A DNA stretch of 64,000 nucleotides from an uncultured Actinomycetota bacterium (GTDB lineage: Bacteria > Actinomycetota > Actinomycetes > CAWDCV01): NCBI GenBank assembly GCA_963801015.1, contig CAWDCV010000003.1, positions 266,886 through 330,885 on the forward strand. Reading direction: 5' to 3'. Below the pieces are notes generated by a model. The model did not search any database. It was not told the DNA's origin and was given only the letters and a program-made list of their open reading frames with translations. Positions 25,203-35,095 of the stretch are shown piece after piece. Within the stretch, counting starts at the first letter, position 1. Each line of letters begins with the position of its first letter. A program made the position numbers and the translations under genes.

Positions 25203-26573
25203 TCAGCCGTGCGTGTGCAGCGGCTTGCCGGCCAAGGCCATGTGCGCCTCCCCGACGGACTCCGACAGCGTGGGATGCGGATGGATCAGCGCCGCCACCT
25301 CAGTCGGCAGCGCCTCCCAGTTGTAGATGAGCTGTGCCTCGGCGAGGTTCTCACCGAGCCGAGCGCCGACCATGTGGATGCCGACGACAGGTCCGTCCTT
25401 CTGCGCGATGACCTTCACAGCACCCGCAGTCTTGAGGATCTGCGCCTTGCCATTGCCGGCGAGGTCGTAGGTGAACTCGTCGATCTCGAGGCCGCGCTCG
25501 CGTGCCACGGTCGAGGTGATACCGACGGACGCGACCTCTGGATCGCAGTACGCAATGCGCGGGACGCCGTCGTGGTCGATGGGTGCGGGGTTCAGGCCGC
25601 CGAGCCGCTCGGCGACGAGGATGCCCTCCTGGAAGCCGAGGTGGGCCAGCTGCAGCGTGGGGATGAGGTCGCCAACCGCCGAGATCGTCGGGATGTTGGT
25701 TTGGCACCACTGGTCGACCTTGACGTACCCGCGGTCCATCTCCACGCCGACGGTGTCGTATCCGAGACCCTCGGACACCGGCCCGCGTCCGACGGCAACG
25801 AGCAGCAGCTCGGCGTCCAACGTCTTTCCGCCCTCGAGGCTCACCCGGACACCGTCGTCGGTGTACTCGACGCCGGAGAACCGAGCGCCCAGCTCGAAGC
25901 CAATCTTCCGGCGCCGGAACGCCCGCTCCAGCAGTTTGGACGACGACTCCTCCTCGAGCGGAAGCAGATGGGGGAGCATCTCGACGATCGTCACCTCGGC
26001 GCCGAACGACCGCCAGACGCTGGCGAACTCGACCCCGATCACGCCGCCGCCGAGGATGACCGCGGAGGCGGGTACGGAATCAAGGGTCAACGCGTGGTCG
26101 GAGCTGATGACGCGGTTGCCGTCGATGTCCAGGCCCGGGAGCGACTTCGGCACGGAGCCGGTCGCGAGCACGATGTGCCGACCTTCGTAGAGCTGGTCGT
26201 CGACCTGGACGGCGGTCGGTGAGACGAGCGTGCCGCTGCCCTCGACATAGGTGATCTTGCGGCTGCGCACGAGGCCCTGCAGGCCCTTGTAGAGCCGGGA
26301 GACGACGCCGTCCTTGTAGCCGTTGACGCCCTTCATGTCGATGCCGTCGAACGACGTCTTGACGCCGTACATCTCACTCTCACGCGACTGGTCGGCGATC
26401 TCGCCCGCGTGCAGGAGCGCCTTGGTAGGGATGCAGCCGCGGTGCAGGCAGGTCCCGCCGAGCTTGTCCTTCTCGATCAGCGCGACGTTCATGTCCAACT
26501 CGGCCGCTCTCAGCGCGCAGGCGTAGCCGCCGCTGCCGCCTCCGAGGATCACCAGGTCGAAGGGGTCAGCCAC
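25203..26573 (-). CDS. lpd: dihydrolipoyl dehydrogenase (E3)
   Basis: FDLVILGGGSGGYACA FAD fold, redox-active GGTCLHRGCIPTK disulfide and C-terminal HPHPTLSE interface motif. Confidence 0.95.
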   Translation of the reverse strand: MADPFDLVILGGGSGGYACALRAAELDMNVALIEKDKLGGTCLHRGCIPTKALLHAGEIADQSRESEMYGVKTSFDGIDMKGVNGYKDGVVSRLYKGLQGLVRSRKITYVEGSGTLVSPTAVQVDDQLYEGRHIVLATGSVPKSLPGLDIDGNRVISSDHALTLDSVPASAVILGGGVIGVEFASVWRSFGAEVTIVEMLPHLLPLEEESSSKLLERAFRRRKIGFELGARFSGVEYTDDGVRVSLEGGKTLDAELLLVAVGRGPVSEGLGYDTVGVEMDRGYVKVDQWCQTNIPTISAVGDLIPTLQLAHLGFQEGILVAERLGGLNPAPIDHDGVPRIAYCDPEVASVGITSTVARERGLEIDEFTYDLAGNGKAQILKTAGAVKVIAQKDGPVVGIHMVGARLGENLAEAQLIYNWEALPTEVAALIHPHPTLSESVGEAHMALAGKPLHTHG

Positions 26574-26634
26574 CAGATGCTCCTTTGCTATTCCTTCTCA
26601 TGCGCTGTCCATCCTTCCACTGCTCGTCCACTGT

Positions 26635-26659
26635 CATTTGATTCGGCCATTTGACTCGG
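26635..26659. repeat. imperfect tandem 12-mer in the lpd/hypothetical divergent promoter region
   Basis: CATTTGATTCGG-c-CATTTGACTCGG (26635-26646 and 26648-26659), within an unusually AT-rich ~90-bp stretch between the lpd start (26573) and ATG 26683. Confidence 0.3.
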
Positions 26660-26682
26660 GGGCCATCTCATACGGTGGCGGC

Positions 26683-27027
26683 ATGCGCTTGTCCTCGTTG
26701 TTCCGCCGGCAGCGGCCCGGAACGCTGCGTACGGCCGATAGAGCCGACGTGGACCACCTCAGCGAGTTCGCCCGATCGCGGCGCGGGGTCGAGGCGTTCG
26801 TCGAGCCTCGCACGACGGTGACCGATACAACGGTCGTGCTCGTCGCTCACGACGGTGAATGGACCCGCCGTCGAGTGGCGAGCGCTCGGGCGGCTCACGA
26901 CCTCGCCGGCAAGCTGGGTATCCCCGCCTACGACGCGGCCGTGGTCGGCTACCCGTCGCGGATGCGGGAGTGGACCGCTCGACAGGCCCGAGCGACCGAC
27001 GGCAGCAGCGCGGACGATTCCGGCTGA
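26683..27027 (+). CDS. conserved hypothetical protein
   Basis: 114 aa from ATG 26683 (MRLSSLFRRQRPGTL...VVLVAHDGEWTRRRV...). Coding-like composition; no family name recognised. Confidence 0.55.
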   Translation: MRLSSLFRRQRPGTLRTADRADVDHLSEFARSRRGVEAFVEPRTTVTDTTVVLVAHDGEWTRRRVASARAAHDLAGKLGIPAYDAAVVGYPSRMREWTARQARATDGSSADDSG

Positions 27028-27054
27028 GGCACCAGCCTCGGCGAGGGGGGAGCG

Positions 27055-29829
27055 GTGAACCTTGTCGGCGGCACCCTGAAGATCCGGCCGGGGGAGGGTC
27101 GGGTCGTCGCCACCGTTGCGGGTGCCTTCGCGGCAGTCGAGGCCGGCCGCGGGCTTGGTGAGGTGAGCGTCCAGGCACTGGTTCTCGACAGTGCCGGGGC
27201 AGCGATCCTGCCGCCGCTCTACATCGCGCTCGGGCTGGTCGGTCTCGTCGCGACGCTGTCGTACGGCGCACTGATCGGACGCTTCCGTGGGGTGCTGTTT
27301 CCCGCGTCACTACTCATCATCGCCGCAGTCATCGGCGTCGAAGGGGGGGCCGTTCTCCTCGTTGGTGACGTGCGCTTGTTCGCTGTCGCCTGGGTGTCGG
27401 TGTTCACCGCCGGAGCGCTACTGACAACCGTGCTGTGGACCGTCGCCGGGCGGATCTTCGATACGCGGCAGGCCAAGCGGCTGTTCCCCCTGTGCACCGC
27501 GGCCACGATCGCCGGCGGGTTCCTCGGACTGCTCGCTGCTGGTCCACTGTCACAGCTGGTCGGCGTGGAGCCCCTGATCGTCGGCCAAGCACTGCTCACC
27601 CTGACGGGCGGACTCGCCTTGTGGCGGGTCCGGAGCCGGCTCGATGTCGCCCGCAGGCGCCGTGTCGACGAAGATCGCTCGCTTCGCGCCGGCGCGGCCT
27701 ATGTCCGGCGTTCCCCGGTGATGCGCCTGGTGGCGATTGCCTACCTGCTGTTCGCCGTCCTGCTGTTCTCGATGGCCTTCCCGTTCTCCGCCGCGATGGC
27801 AGATGCCTTCCCCGACCGCGCCGACCTCGCGACGGCGCTCGGCCTCCTTGCCGCGGCCGTGACCGCCGTGTCGTTCCTCCTCGCCGCGCTCATCGCCAAC
27901 CGCCTGTATGCGCGCTTCGGCGTAACCACCGTCGCGTTGCTGCTGCCGCTCGTCTATCTCGGCGGATTCGGCATTTGGCTGGTCGCGTTCACCACGGTCA
28001 CCGCGATCGGGGTGAAGTTCGCACAGGAAGCCACCCAGCGTGGACTGTCCAACACCGTGTGGAGCGCCCTGTTCACTGTTGTCCCGTCCGCTCGTCGTGG
28101 CCAGGTCCTCGCCTTCATCGACGGCGTACCCGGCCAACTCGGCACTGTGCTCACCGGAGCGCTCCTCATCGGTGCCGCGGCCGTCGGCGTGGATGCGACA
28201 TCGAGGCCGCTCTTCGCGCTCGGTGTTGCAGCCGCGGTCGCATGCCTGTGGACTGTGGTCCTTGTTCGCCGCCGCTATCCCGCTGCCCTGCTGGCCACGT
28301 TGCGGGAAGGGCCGGGGGAGCAGGTGCTCGAGGGCGGCCCGGGGCTCGCCGCACTCGCCCTTCACCCAGGAATGACGGCGCAGCTGCGGACTGCCTTGCA
28401 ATCGGACCGTCCGAGTGACCGTCGGCTTGCGGTCGAGCTATCGAACCGGCTCGACGTGCGGGACGTGGTGATCGACGTGGTCCCTCTGGTCGACGATCCG
28501 GAGCCGAGCGTTCGTCGAGCGGCGCTTGCCACCGTGAGCCGGCATGGCAATCCCGCCACGTTTGATGCGATCGCCCCAGGAGCCATCGACCGGCTCGCGC
28601 TCGACGAGGATCCACAGATTCGTGCCGAGCTCGCCGTGGCACTGTGTCGGTGGCAGCGCATCGACGAGGGTCGCTCCATCACCGATGCGCTGCTCGGATC
28701 CGAGCAGGCCGACGACCGGGCCGCTGGGCTGCGTGTCGTCGCCGAGCTGCGTGGCAATCAGTGGAGCGAGCAGCTGATTGCAGCACTCGCCGCCGACGCT
28801 CCAACGGTGCGGACAGCCGCTTCGAACGCTCTGGTCAATCGACCCGAGCTGACGGCACATGTGCTCCGCACGTTGCTCTCAGGTCCCGAGGTAGCTCGCG
28901 ATGCTGCCCTTTCAGCTCTCGATGGAGACGACCCCCAGGTACAGGACACGCTGGTGCCCTGGGCGCTGGACTCCGTCACGCGGGCAATGACGCTGCGCCA
29001 GCAGGCTGCAGATGTCTCCACGAGGGCGGGCGAGAGCGCCACGTTCCTCAGTGACCTCCTGCGCCGTCGCAGTGCGACGATGGAGAGCCGTCTGCTTCGG
29101 GTACTCGCCATCCTGGGAGCTCCCGAGGCCGTCGGCCCGATCCGCCGATGCCTGCACTCGGGCGACGCAGAGACCCGAGCTCAAGCGATCGAGGCGCTCG
29201 ACGCTCTCGGCAACGGGCCACTCGCGCGGGCCGTGGTCCGCTTGATCGACAGCGAGCCAGGATCCGGCCCTGCGAGTGACGTCGAGACGACGTCGATTCT
29301 TCGCCGGCTGACCGAGTATCCCGATCTCTGGGTTCGCGCTCTTGCCCTTCGTACACTCAGCGAGGATGGCGCCGGAGGTGCTGCGATGCCTGACGGTCGC
29401 ACCGTGTTGGACGACCTCGACAGGATGCTGCTGCTTCGCCGGGTCCCGCTGTTCTCGATGCTTGAGCCGGAGGACCTTCAGCGGGTCTCCGCGACAGCCG
29501 TGGAGCGGATGTACGCCGGCGGCGAGGCGCTGATGAATCAGGGAGACGTTGGCGACGAGCTCATCGTGATCGTCGAGGGAACCGTCGACGTCGTCCAGCA
29601 AGACGGGAACGGCTCGCGGCGATTCATCCGCAGCTACGGCGCCGGCGACCACATCGGCGAGCTGGCCGTCCTGCGCCAGGGGATACGGGTCGCGACTGTT
29701 CTCGCCGACGAGCGGGGTGCTCGAGGCCTCGTACTTAGCGGTCCCGGGGTGCAGGCGATCCTGCGCGAACGACCCGACGCCGCCATGGCCATGCTGGCAA
29801 CGCTGGCCGAGCGGATCAGCACCCAATGA
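27055..29829 (+). CDS. multidomain membrane protein: MFS/TLC (Npt-like) transporter domain - HEAT repeats - cyclic nucleotide-binding domain
   Basis: About 12 TM N-terminal domain with FDTRQAKRLFPLCTAATIAGGFLG (ATP/ADP-translocase-like). HEAT-type repeats (DDPEPSVRRAALATV, DEDPQIRAELAVAL, APTVRTAASNAL, GDAETRAQAIEALDALG, PDLWVRALALRTL). C-terminal cNMP domain (LLRRVPLFSMLEPEDLQ...GDHIGELAVLRQGIRVATVLA). Confidence 0.8.
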   Translation: MNLVGGTLKIRPGEGRVVATVAGAFAAVEAGRGLGEVSVQALVLDSAGAAILPPLYIALGLVGLVATLSYGALIGRFRGVLFPASLLIIAAVIGVEGGAVLLVGDVRLFAVAWVSVFTAGALLTTVLWTVAGRIFDTRQAKRLFPLCTAATIAGGFLGLLAAGPLSQLVGVEPLIVGQALLTLTGGLALWRVRSRLDVARRRRVDEDRSLRAGAAYVRRSPVMRLVAIAYLLFAVLLFSMAFPFSAAMADAFPDRADLATALGLLAAAVTAVSFLLAALIANRLYARFGVTTVALLLPLVYLGGFGIWLVAFTTVTAIGVKFAQEATQRGLSNTVWSALFTVVPSARRGQVLAFIDGVPGQLGTVLTGALLIGAAAVGVDATSRPLFALGVAAAVACLWTVVLVRRRYPAALLATLREGPGEQVLEGGPGLAALALHPGMTAQLRTALQSDRPSDRRLAVELSNRLDVRDVVIDVVPLVDDPEPSVRRAALATVSRHGNPATFDAIAPGAIDRLALDEDPQIRAELAVALCRWQRIDEGRSITDALLGSEQADDRAAGLRVVAELRGNQWSEQLIAALAADAPTVRTAASNALVNRPELTAHVLRTLLSGPEVARDAALSALDGDDPQVQDTLVPWALDSVTRAMTLRQQAADVSTRAGESATFLSDLLRRRSATMESRLLRVLAILGAPEAVGPIRRCLHSGDAETRAQAIEALDALGNGPLARAVVRLIDSEPGSGPASDVETTSILRRLTEYPDLWVRALALRTLSEDGAGGAAMPDGRTVLDDLDRMLLLRRVPLFSMLEPEDLQRVSATAVERMYAGGEALMNQGDVGDELIVIVEGTVDVVQQDGNGSRRFIRSYGAGDHIGELAVLRQGIRVATVLADERGARGLVLSGPGVQAILRERPDAAMAMLATLAERISTQ

Positions 29830-32441
29830 CTGACGTCGGAACGCTGCCCACCGGAACGATCACGTTCCTCCGGTCGGACGTCGAGGGCTCCATGCGCCTC
29901 GTCCAGGAGCTCGGTTCTCGCTTCGACGAGCTCAATGCCCAGCACCAGGCACTGGTTCGTACCGCCTGCGCCGAGTACGGAGGTCAAGAGGTCCGCACCG
30001 AGGGAGACGCATTCTTCGTCGTCTTTTCCGATACTCACGACGCCGTGCGCGCTGCGGTGGCAATTCAGAAGTCGATTGCGACGCACGCGTGGCCGGCCGG
30101 CGTCACGCTTCGCGTCCGAATCGGGCTGCACGCTGGATCCGCGTACCGTGCCGGCGACGACTACGGCGGGCTGGAGGTCAACCGGGCCGCCCGGATCGCG
30201 GCTTCGGGGCACGGTGACCAGATCGTGATCTCAGATGCTGTGCGGGCGCTGGTCGAGGCGGATCTACCGTCCGGCGTTGCGATTCGCAATCTCGGCCGAC
30301 ACCGGTTCAAGGACCTTCGCCAGCCCGAGCAGCTGTTTCAGCTCGATGTCGAGGGGCTGCCGACGCAATTCCCGCAGCTGCGGACGGCGAGTGGTTCGGT
30401 GGGCAACCTGACGACGCGGCTCACGAGCTTCGTCGGTCGAGAAGAGGAGCTCGGAGCGCTCGAAGAGCTGCTCGAGCAAAACCGGCTGGTCACGCTCACC
30501 GGTCCGGGCGGCACCGGGAAGACGACCCTGGCTCTCGAGCTCGCTCGGAATGTCGCCCCGGACTTCCTCGACGGGGTGTGGCAGGTGAACCTGGCCAGCC
30601 TGTCCGAGCCCAGCGCCGTGCGGGCGACGATCGCTCGGACGCTGGGGCTCTACGACGGGCCGGTGGACTCCGCGGCAGCCCGACTCGACGCGTATCTCGC
30701 GGACCGCACCCTGCTGCTCGTGCTCGACAACTTCGAGCACCTGCTCGACGCGGGCCGGGAGGTGTCCGACCTGCTGTCCCGGTCGCCAGGATTGCGCGTC
30801 GTCGCGACCAGCCGGGCACGCCTGCGGCTTGCGGGTGAGCAAGAGTTCCCCGTGCCCCCGCTCCCGGTTGACAGTGCAGCGATCCAGCTGTTCCTCGATC
30901 GGGCTCGGGCCGCACGTCCTGCGCTACGCGGCACGCCGGAGGAAACGCAGCACATCGCCGGCATCTGTGTCGCGTTGGACGGTCTGCCACTGGGGATCGA
31001 GCTCGCGGCAGCGCGGGTGGTCACCCTGCCGTTGGGTGCGATCGCTGAGCGGCTGACGCGGCATCAGCCGTTGCCCGGACGTGGGTATCGCGATCTGCCG
31101 CAGCGGCACCAGACTCTCGACGACACCATCGACTGGAGCTACCACCTGCTGACACCAACGGCGCAGCACCTGCTCGCGCAGCTGTCGGTCTTCGTCGGTG
31201 GTTTCGATCTCGAGCAGGCGGAACAGATCGCCGGCGCCGACCTCCTCGACGACATCGTCTCGCTGTGCGAGCAGAGCCTGCTCGTGCCGGTCGATGCCGC
31301 AAACGGCATCCGCTATCGGATGCTCGAGACCATCCGTACGTATGCTGCCCGGCGGCTGGACGCAGCCAGGGAGACCGACACGCTTCGGGAGCGGCACGCG
31401 CAGGCGTACCTCGGTCTCGCTCAGCGCGCCGCTGCCCACTACCTACGCCACGATCAAGCCGAGTGGCTCGACCGGCTCGTCACGGACGATGCCAACCTCC
31501 GCGTTGCCATGCGCTGGGCTATCGAGACCGAGGACGCCGCGTACGGGATGCGCCTCGGGGGCGCGCTGTGGCGCTACTGGGTGACCACCGGCCGACTTGC
31601 CGAGGGTCGTGCGCTGATGACGCGCGTGATGGCGCTCGACGGCGCGGCGGAGCGTTCGGACGCCAGGATTCTCGGCCTGGATGCAGCGGGCAGCCTCGCC
31701 TACTGGGCGAGGGACCAGGAAGCCATGCGGGATCTTTACGACGAACAGCTAGCACTCGCGCGTTCCGTAGGCGATGCAGCAGCCCAGGCGAACGCGGCGT
31801 TCAACGTCGCGCACAGCCGCTTCCTGCTCAACGACCCGCCCGGCGCCCACGCGATGGCGAGCTTCGCGCGGGAGCGATACGTGGAGGTAGGCGACCCCGT
31901 AGGCGTGGCTCGGGCGGATTGGTCGCTGTGCGTGCAACGATTCGAGACGGAAGGCCCGCAGGCTTTGCGTCCCGCGTTCGTCGAGCTGCTGCATCGATTC
32001 CACGGCCTCGCCGACCCGGCCTATGAGGGCATGGTCGCCTTTGGCCTCGCGTGGGACGCGATCCGCTCGGGGGACGTCCGAGAGGCATCGCGATGGGGTC
32101 TGCGAGGAATGCTTGCGGATCGGCCCCTCCATGACGTGGCAAGCCAGACGATTGCGTTGCAGGAGTCGGGGCCAGTTCTGCTCGAGCTTGGCGACGCGGA
32201 GGGCGCCGCGACCGTCCTCGCTGCTTTTCAAACACTCAGCGATCGGTACGGCGTGCGCGCTCCCCTCGCCTTCGAGCGGATTCTCGGAGTCCGTCACATC
32301 GATGAGCGGATTGCTGACCAGCTTGGGCCGGAACGCACGGCCGCCGCGACGCAGCGGGGACGAGGCATGACGATCGATGGGGTCTTCGCGTACCTACTGC
32401 AGCGGTTGGATGCGCTCGGCATCGAACCCGCCGAGGCGTGA
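29826..32441 (+). CDS. class III adenylate/guanylate cyclase fused to STAND (NB-ARC-like) ATPase and TPR-like C-terminus
   Basis: Cyclase motifs TFLRSDVEGS, TEGDAFFVVF, RIGLHAG and GGLEVNRAARI. P-loop LVTLTGPGGTGKTTLALELA, Walker B LLLVLDNFEH. Long helical-repeat tail. ATGA overlap with the upstream gene. No LuxR HTH at the end. Confidence 0.85.
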   Translation: MTDVGTLPTGTITFLRSDVEGSMRLVQELGSRFDELNAQHQALVRTACAEYGGQEVRTEGDAFFVVFSDTHDAVRAAVAIQKSIATHAWPAGVTLRVRIGLHAGSAYRAGDDYGGLEVNRAARIAASGHGDQIVISDAVRALVEADLPSGVAIRNLGRHRFKDLRQPEQLFQLDVEGLPTQFPQLRTASGSVGNLTTRLTSFVGREEELGALEELLEQNRLVTLTGPGGTGKTTLALELARNVAPDFLDGVWQVNLASLSEPSAVRATIARTLGLYDGPVDSAAARLDAYLADRTLLLVLDNFEHLLDAGREVSDLLSRSPGLRVVATSRARLRLAGEQEFPVPPLPVDSAAIQLFLDRARAARPALRGTPEETQHIAGICVALDGLPLGIELAAARVVTLPLGAIAERLTRHQPLPGRGYRDLPQRHQTLDDTIDWSYHLLTPTAQHLLAQLSVFVGGFDLEQAEQIAGADLLDDIVSLCEQSLLVPVDAANGIRYRMLETIRTYAARRLDAARETDTLRERHAQAYLGLAQRAAAHYLRHDQAEWLDRLVTDDANLRVAMRWAIETEDAAYGMRLGGALWRYWVTTGRLAEGRALMTRVMALDGAAERSDARILGLDAAGSLAYWARDQEAMRDLYDEQLALARSVGDAAAQANAAFNVAHSRFLLNDPPGAHAMASFARERYVEVGDPVGVARADWSLCVQRFETEGPQALRPAFVELLHRFHGLADPAYEGMVAFGLAWDAIRSGDVREASRWGLRGMLADRPLHDVASQTIALQESGPVLLELGDAEGAATVLAAFQTLSDRYGVRAPLAFERILGVRHIDERIADQLGPERTAAATQRGRGMTIDGVFAYLLQRLDALGIEPAEA

Positions 32442-32457
32442 GTCCCAGAGAAGGACC

Positions 32458-32871
32458 CTAGAACGAGTGATGGACGGCCTCGACGTTGTTGCCGTCGAGA
32501 TCGCGTAGGAAGACGCCGTAGTAGCCGGGGTGGTACTCCGGCCACACCCGTGGCTCGTGCAGGATCTCGGTGCCCATCTTCTGAGCCGCGGAGTGCACTG
32601 CGTCTACCGCCTCGCGCGACGGCGCGGTCAAGGCCAGGTGGACGGGTCGCACGCCGGGATCGACGAGCGGCCCGAGCCACAGCCGGGGGAAGCCGTCGGG
32701 CCCGCTGAGCCCGACAACCGTCCCGTCGTCGTGCGTCTGTCGCATCGCCTCCTGGATTCCGAGAGCAGCGAAGACGCTGAGGTAGAAGTTTGCTGCCGCG
32801 TCCACATCCTCGACTTGCAACGCGAGATGGTCGATCACGGCTCCGACCGTACGCCCAGCTTGCTCGGCCAC
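32458..32871 (-). CDS. VOC (glyoxalase/bleomycin resistance/dioxygenase) family protein
   Basis: VIDHLALQVEDVDAAANFY...YYGVFLRDLDGNNVEAV. An alternative GTG start at 32838 would abut the MmpL stop instead of overlapping it. Confidence 0.8.
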   Translation of the reverse strand: MAEQAGRTVGAVIDHLALQVEDVDAAANFYLSVFAALGIQEAMRQTHDDGTVVGLSGPDGFPRLWLGPLVDPGVRPVHLALTAPSREAVDAVHSAAQKMGTEILHEPRVWPEYHPGYYGVFLRDLDGNNVEAVHHSF

Positions 32872-34931
32872 CAGGCCCGGATGCCTAAGTCGAGCGTGAC
32901 TGCGGGAACAAGCAGCGAACGAACTACCACGGTGTCCAAGAGGACGCCGACGGCCACGACGACACCGAGCTGGAGCATCGGCACCACCGGCAGCACAGCG
33001 AGTACGGCGAACGTGGCCGCAAGGACGAGTCCCGCGCTAGTGATGACGCCGCCGGTGACGACGAGCGCGCGCAGCACGCCGTTCCGTGCGTCGCCCGTAC
33101 GGCTCACTTCTTCGCGGGCCCTGGTCATCAGGAAGATCGTGTAGTCCACGCCGAGGGCCACGAGGAAGAGGAATGCGAATAGCGGCAGGGGAAGGAAGGC
33201 CTGGCTGTACGCGTCATAACCCAGCACGTTGAGCAGCAGCGCGGAGGCGCCGAGCGCGGCGGCGTACGACAGCACCACGCTGAGCAGCAACACAATCGGC
33301 AGCACGATTGCACGCAGCAGCACCAGCAAGACAACGAGCACTACGCCGAGAATCAGCGGTATCACGACGCGTTGGTCTCGCTCAACCGCAGCTTCCGTGT
33401 CGAGTTCGATAGCCGTGGAGCCGCCGACGAGCGCGTCGGCGCCGTCGATGTCGCGCACGGCAGCACGCAGCCGCTGCACCGTTGCTTTCGCCGCATCGCT
33501 GTCAGTGGCGTCGGTAAGCACGGCGGACAGCTGAATCCATCCATCGGCTCCGCCCTGCGCCTCGACGGAGACGACGCCTGCCACGTCAGATGCCTCGTTC
33601 GCTGCTTCGCTCTCGAATCCCTGGCGAACCAGGATGTCTGCGGGGTCGCCGGATCCGCCGGGGAAGTGGGCTTCGAGCGCCTGCTGCCCGGTCACCGACT
33701 CGGGCGTCGAGGTGAACATGCCGCTCATCGGCAACCCGCTGGACAGCGTCGTGATGCCGAGAGCGAGTGCCGCCAAGCCCAGGGTGGTTCCGATCCACAA
33801 CGCACGCGGTCTGCGGCCGACGAGTCGAGCAACGCGTTCCCAGGTGCGGTGCTGTGTTGCTTGCTCTGCAGGCTCAAAGCGCGGCGTGAACGGCCAGAAC
33901 ACCCACCGGCCGAGAATGACGAGCAGTGCCGGTAGGAGCGTGGTCATCGCGACGAAGGCGGTGGCAATGCCAACGGCAGCGACCGGGCCGAGGCTGCGGG
34001 TCGAGTTGAGGTCTGCTGCGAGCAGGCAGAGCATCCCGATCGCGACTGTTGTTGCCGACGCAAGGAGGGCGGGAAACGCACTGCGCAGCGCACGCCACAT
34101 CGCGACGTACCGATCCTCGTGACGATGCAGCTCCTCGCGGTAGCGCGCGACGAGGAGGAGTGCGTAGTCCGTACCGACGCCGAAGACCAGCACCGTGAGG
34201 ATGCCGATGCTCTGCGCGTTGACCACCAGTCCGACGCGATCGGCGAGCAGCCAGACGATGGCGTTGGTCAGCAGATTGGCTAGCCCGACGACGACCAGCG
34301 GGAGCAGCCACAGCACGGGACTTCGGTAGGTGAGCAGCAGCACAACAGTAACGACCACGACGGTCGCGATCAGCAGGGTCGACTCGACACCGTCGAACGC
34401 TGATTCGAGATCGGCCGAGGCGCCGGCGGGTCCGGTGACGAACACGTCCAATCCGGGCGGCGCACCTGGTTGCACGACGTCGCGCAACGCCTCGACATTC
34501 CCGGTCAGCGCCTCGTCGTCATCGGGAAGTGGGACGACGAGCAGCATCGCTTCACCATCCGGCGCTGGTGTCGGGGGTGGGATCGCGGCAACTGCCAGGG
34601 AACTGGCGGCCGAGACGTGCGCAGCTACGGTGGCACGGTCTCCATCCGTCAACCCGCCGGGCCGCTCGTACACGACCAACGCCGTCTCTGCGCCGGAGTT
34701 GCCGAAACCCTCGACGGTCTTCAGGACCCGCGTGGACTCTGCTCCGGCCGGCAACCAGGCTGAGGCTTCGTTGTTCTCGACCTCGCTCAGGCTGCCGGTG
34801 ATCGCCGTACCTCCGACGACGAGCGCCAGCCATCCGACGATGATCAGCCAGGCGATTCCCCGCCGTGGAGTCGAGCGTTGTGTTGGTTGATTGGTGGCGG
34901 GTGGGCGTTCGTGTTGGATGTCGACTGTCAT
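32835..34931 (-). CDS. MMPL family (RND superfamily) transporter, second copy
   Basis: Paralogue of 15648-17801 (GVGTDYALLLVARYREEL, VALGVDYTIFLMTRAREE). ATG 34931 (MTVDIQHERPP...) chosen; the 120-aa upstream extension is Arg/Pro junk. Confidence 0.9.
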   Translation of the reverse strand: MTVDIQHERPPATNQPTQRSTPRRGIAWLIIVGWLALVVGGTAITGSLSEVENNEASAWLPAGAESTRVLKTVEGFGNSGAETALVVYERPGGLTDGDRATVAAHVSAASSLAVAAIPPPTPAPDGEAMLLVVPLPDDDEALTGNVEALRDVVQPGAPPGLDVFVTGPAGASADLESAFDGVESTLLIATVVVVTVVLLLTYRSPVLWLLPLVVVGLANLLTNAIVWLLADRVGLVVNAQSIGILTVLVFGVGTDYALLLVARYREELHRHEDRYVAMWRALRSAFPALLASATTVAIGMLCLLAADLNSTRSLGPVAAVGIATAFVAMTTLLPALLVILGRWVFWPFTPRFEPAEQATQHRTWERVARLVGRRPRALWIGTTLGLAALALGITTLSSGLPMSGMFTSTPESVTGQQALEAHFPGGSGDPADILVRQGFESEAANEASDVAGVVSVEAQGGADGWIQLSAVLTDATDSDAAKATVQRLRAAVRDIDGADALVGGSTAIELDTEAAVERDQRVVIPLILGVVLVVLLVLLRAIVLPIVLLLSVVLSYAAALGASALLLNVLGYDAYSQAFLPLPLFAFLFLVALGVDYTIFLMTRAREEVSRTGDARNGVLRALVVTGGVITSAGLVLAATFAVLAVLPVVPMLQLGVVVAVGVLLDTVVVRSLLVPAVTLDLGIRAWWPSKLGVRSEP

Positions 34932-35095
34932 GCGGCCACGATCTCGGCGCGGGAGGGGTCCCGTCGTCCGCCGTGAGTCGCCAAGCGGGGTCGTCACACG
35001 GAGCAGGCTGGGGACCTCACGTACGACTGCGGTGGTAGTCAGGCGTCGACCGTGAGCGGATGACGCCACGCAGGTAAGCCGCCTACCGTGCGGCC

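Noticed and set aside
25146-26222. 358-aa plus-strand ORF over lpd
   Set aside because: It is antisense to the clearly identified dihydrolipoyl dehydrogenase.
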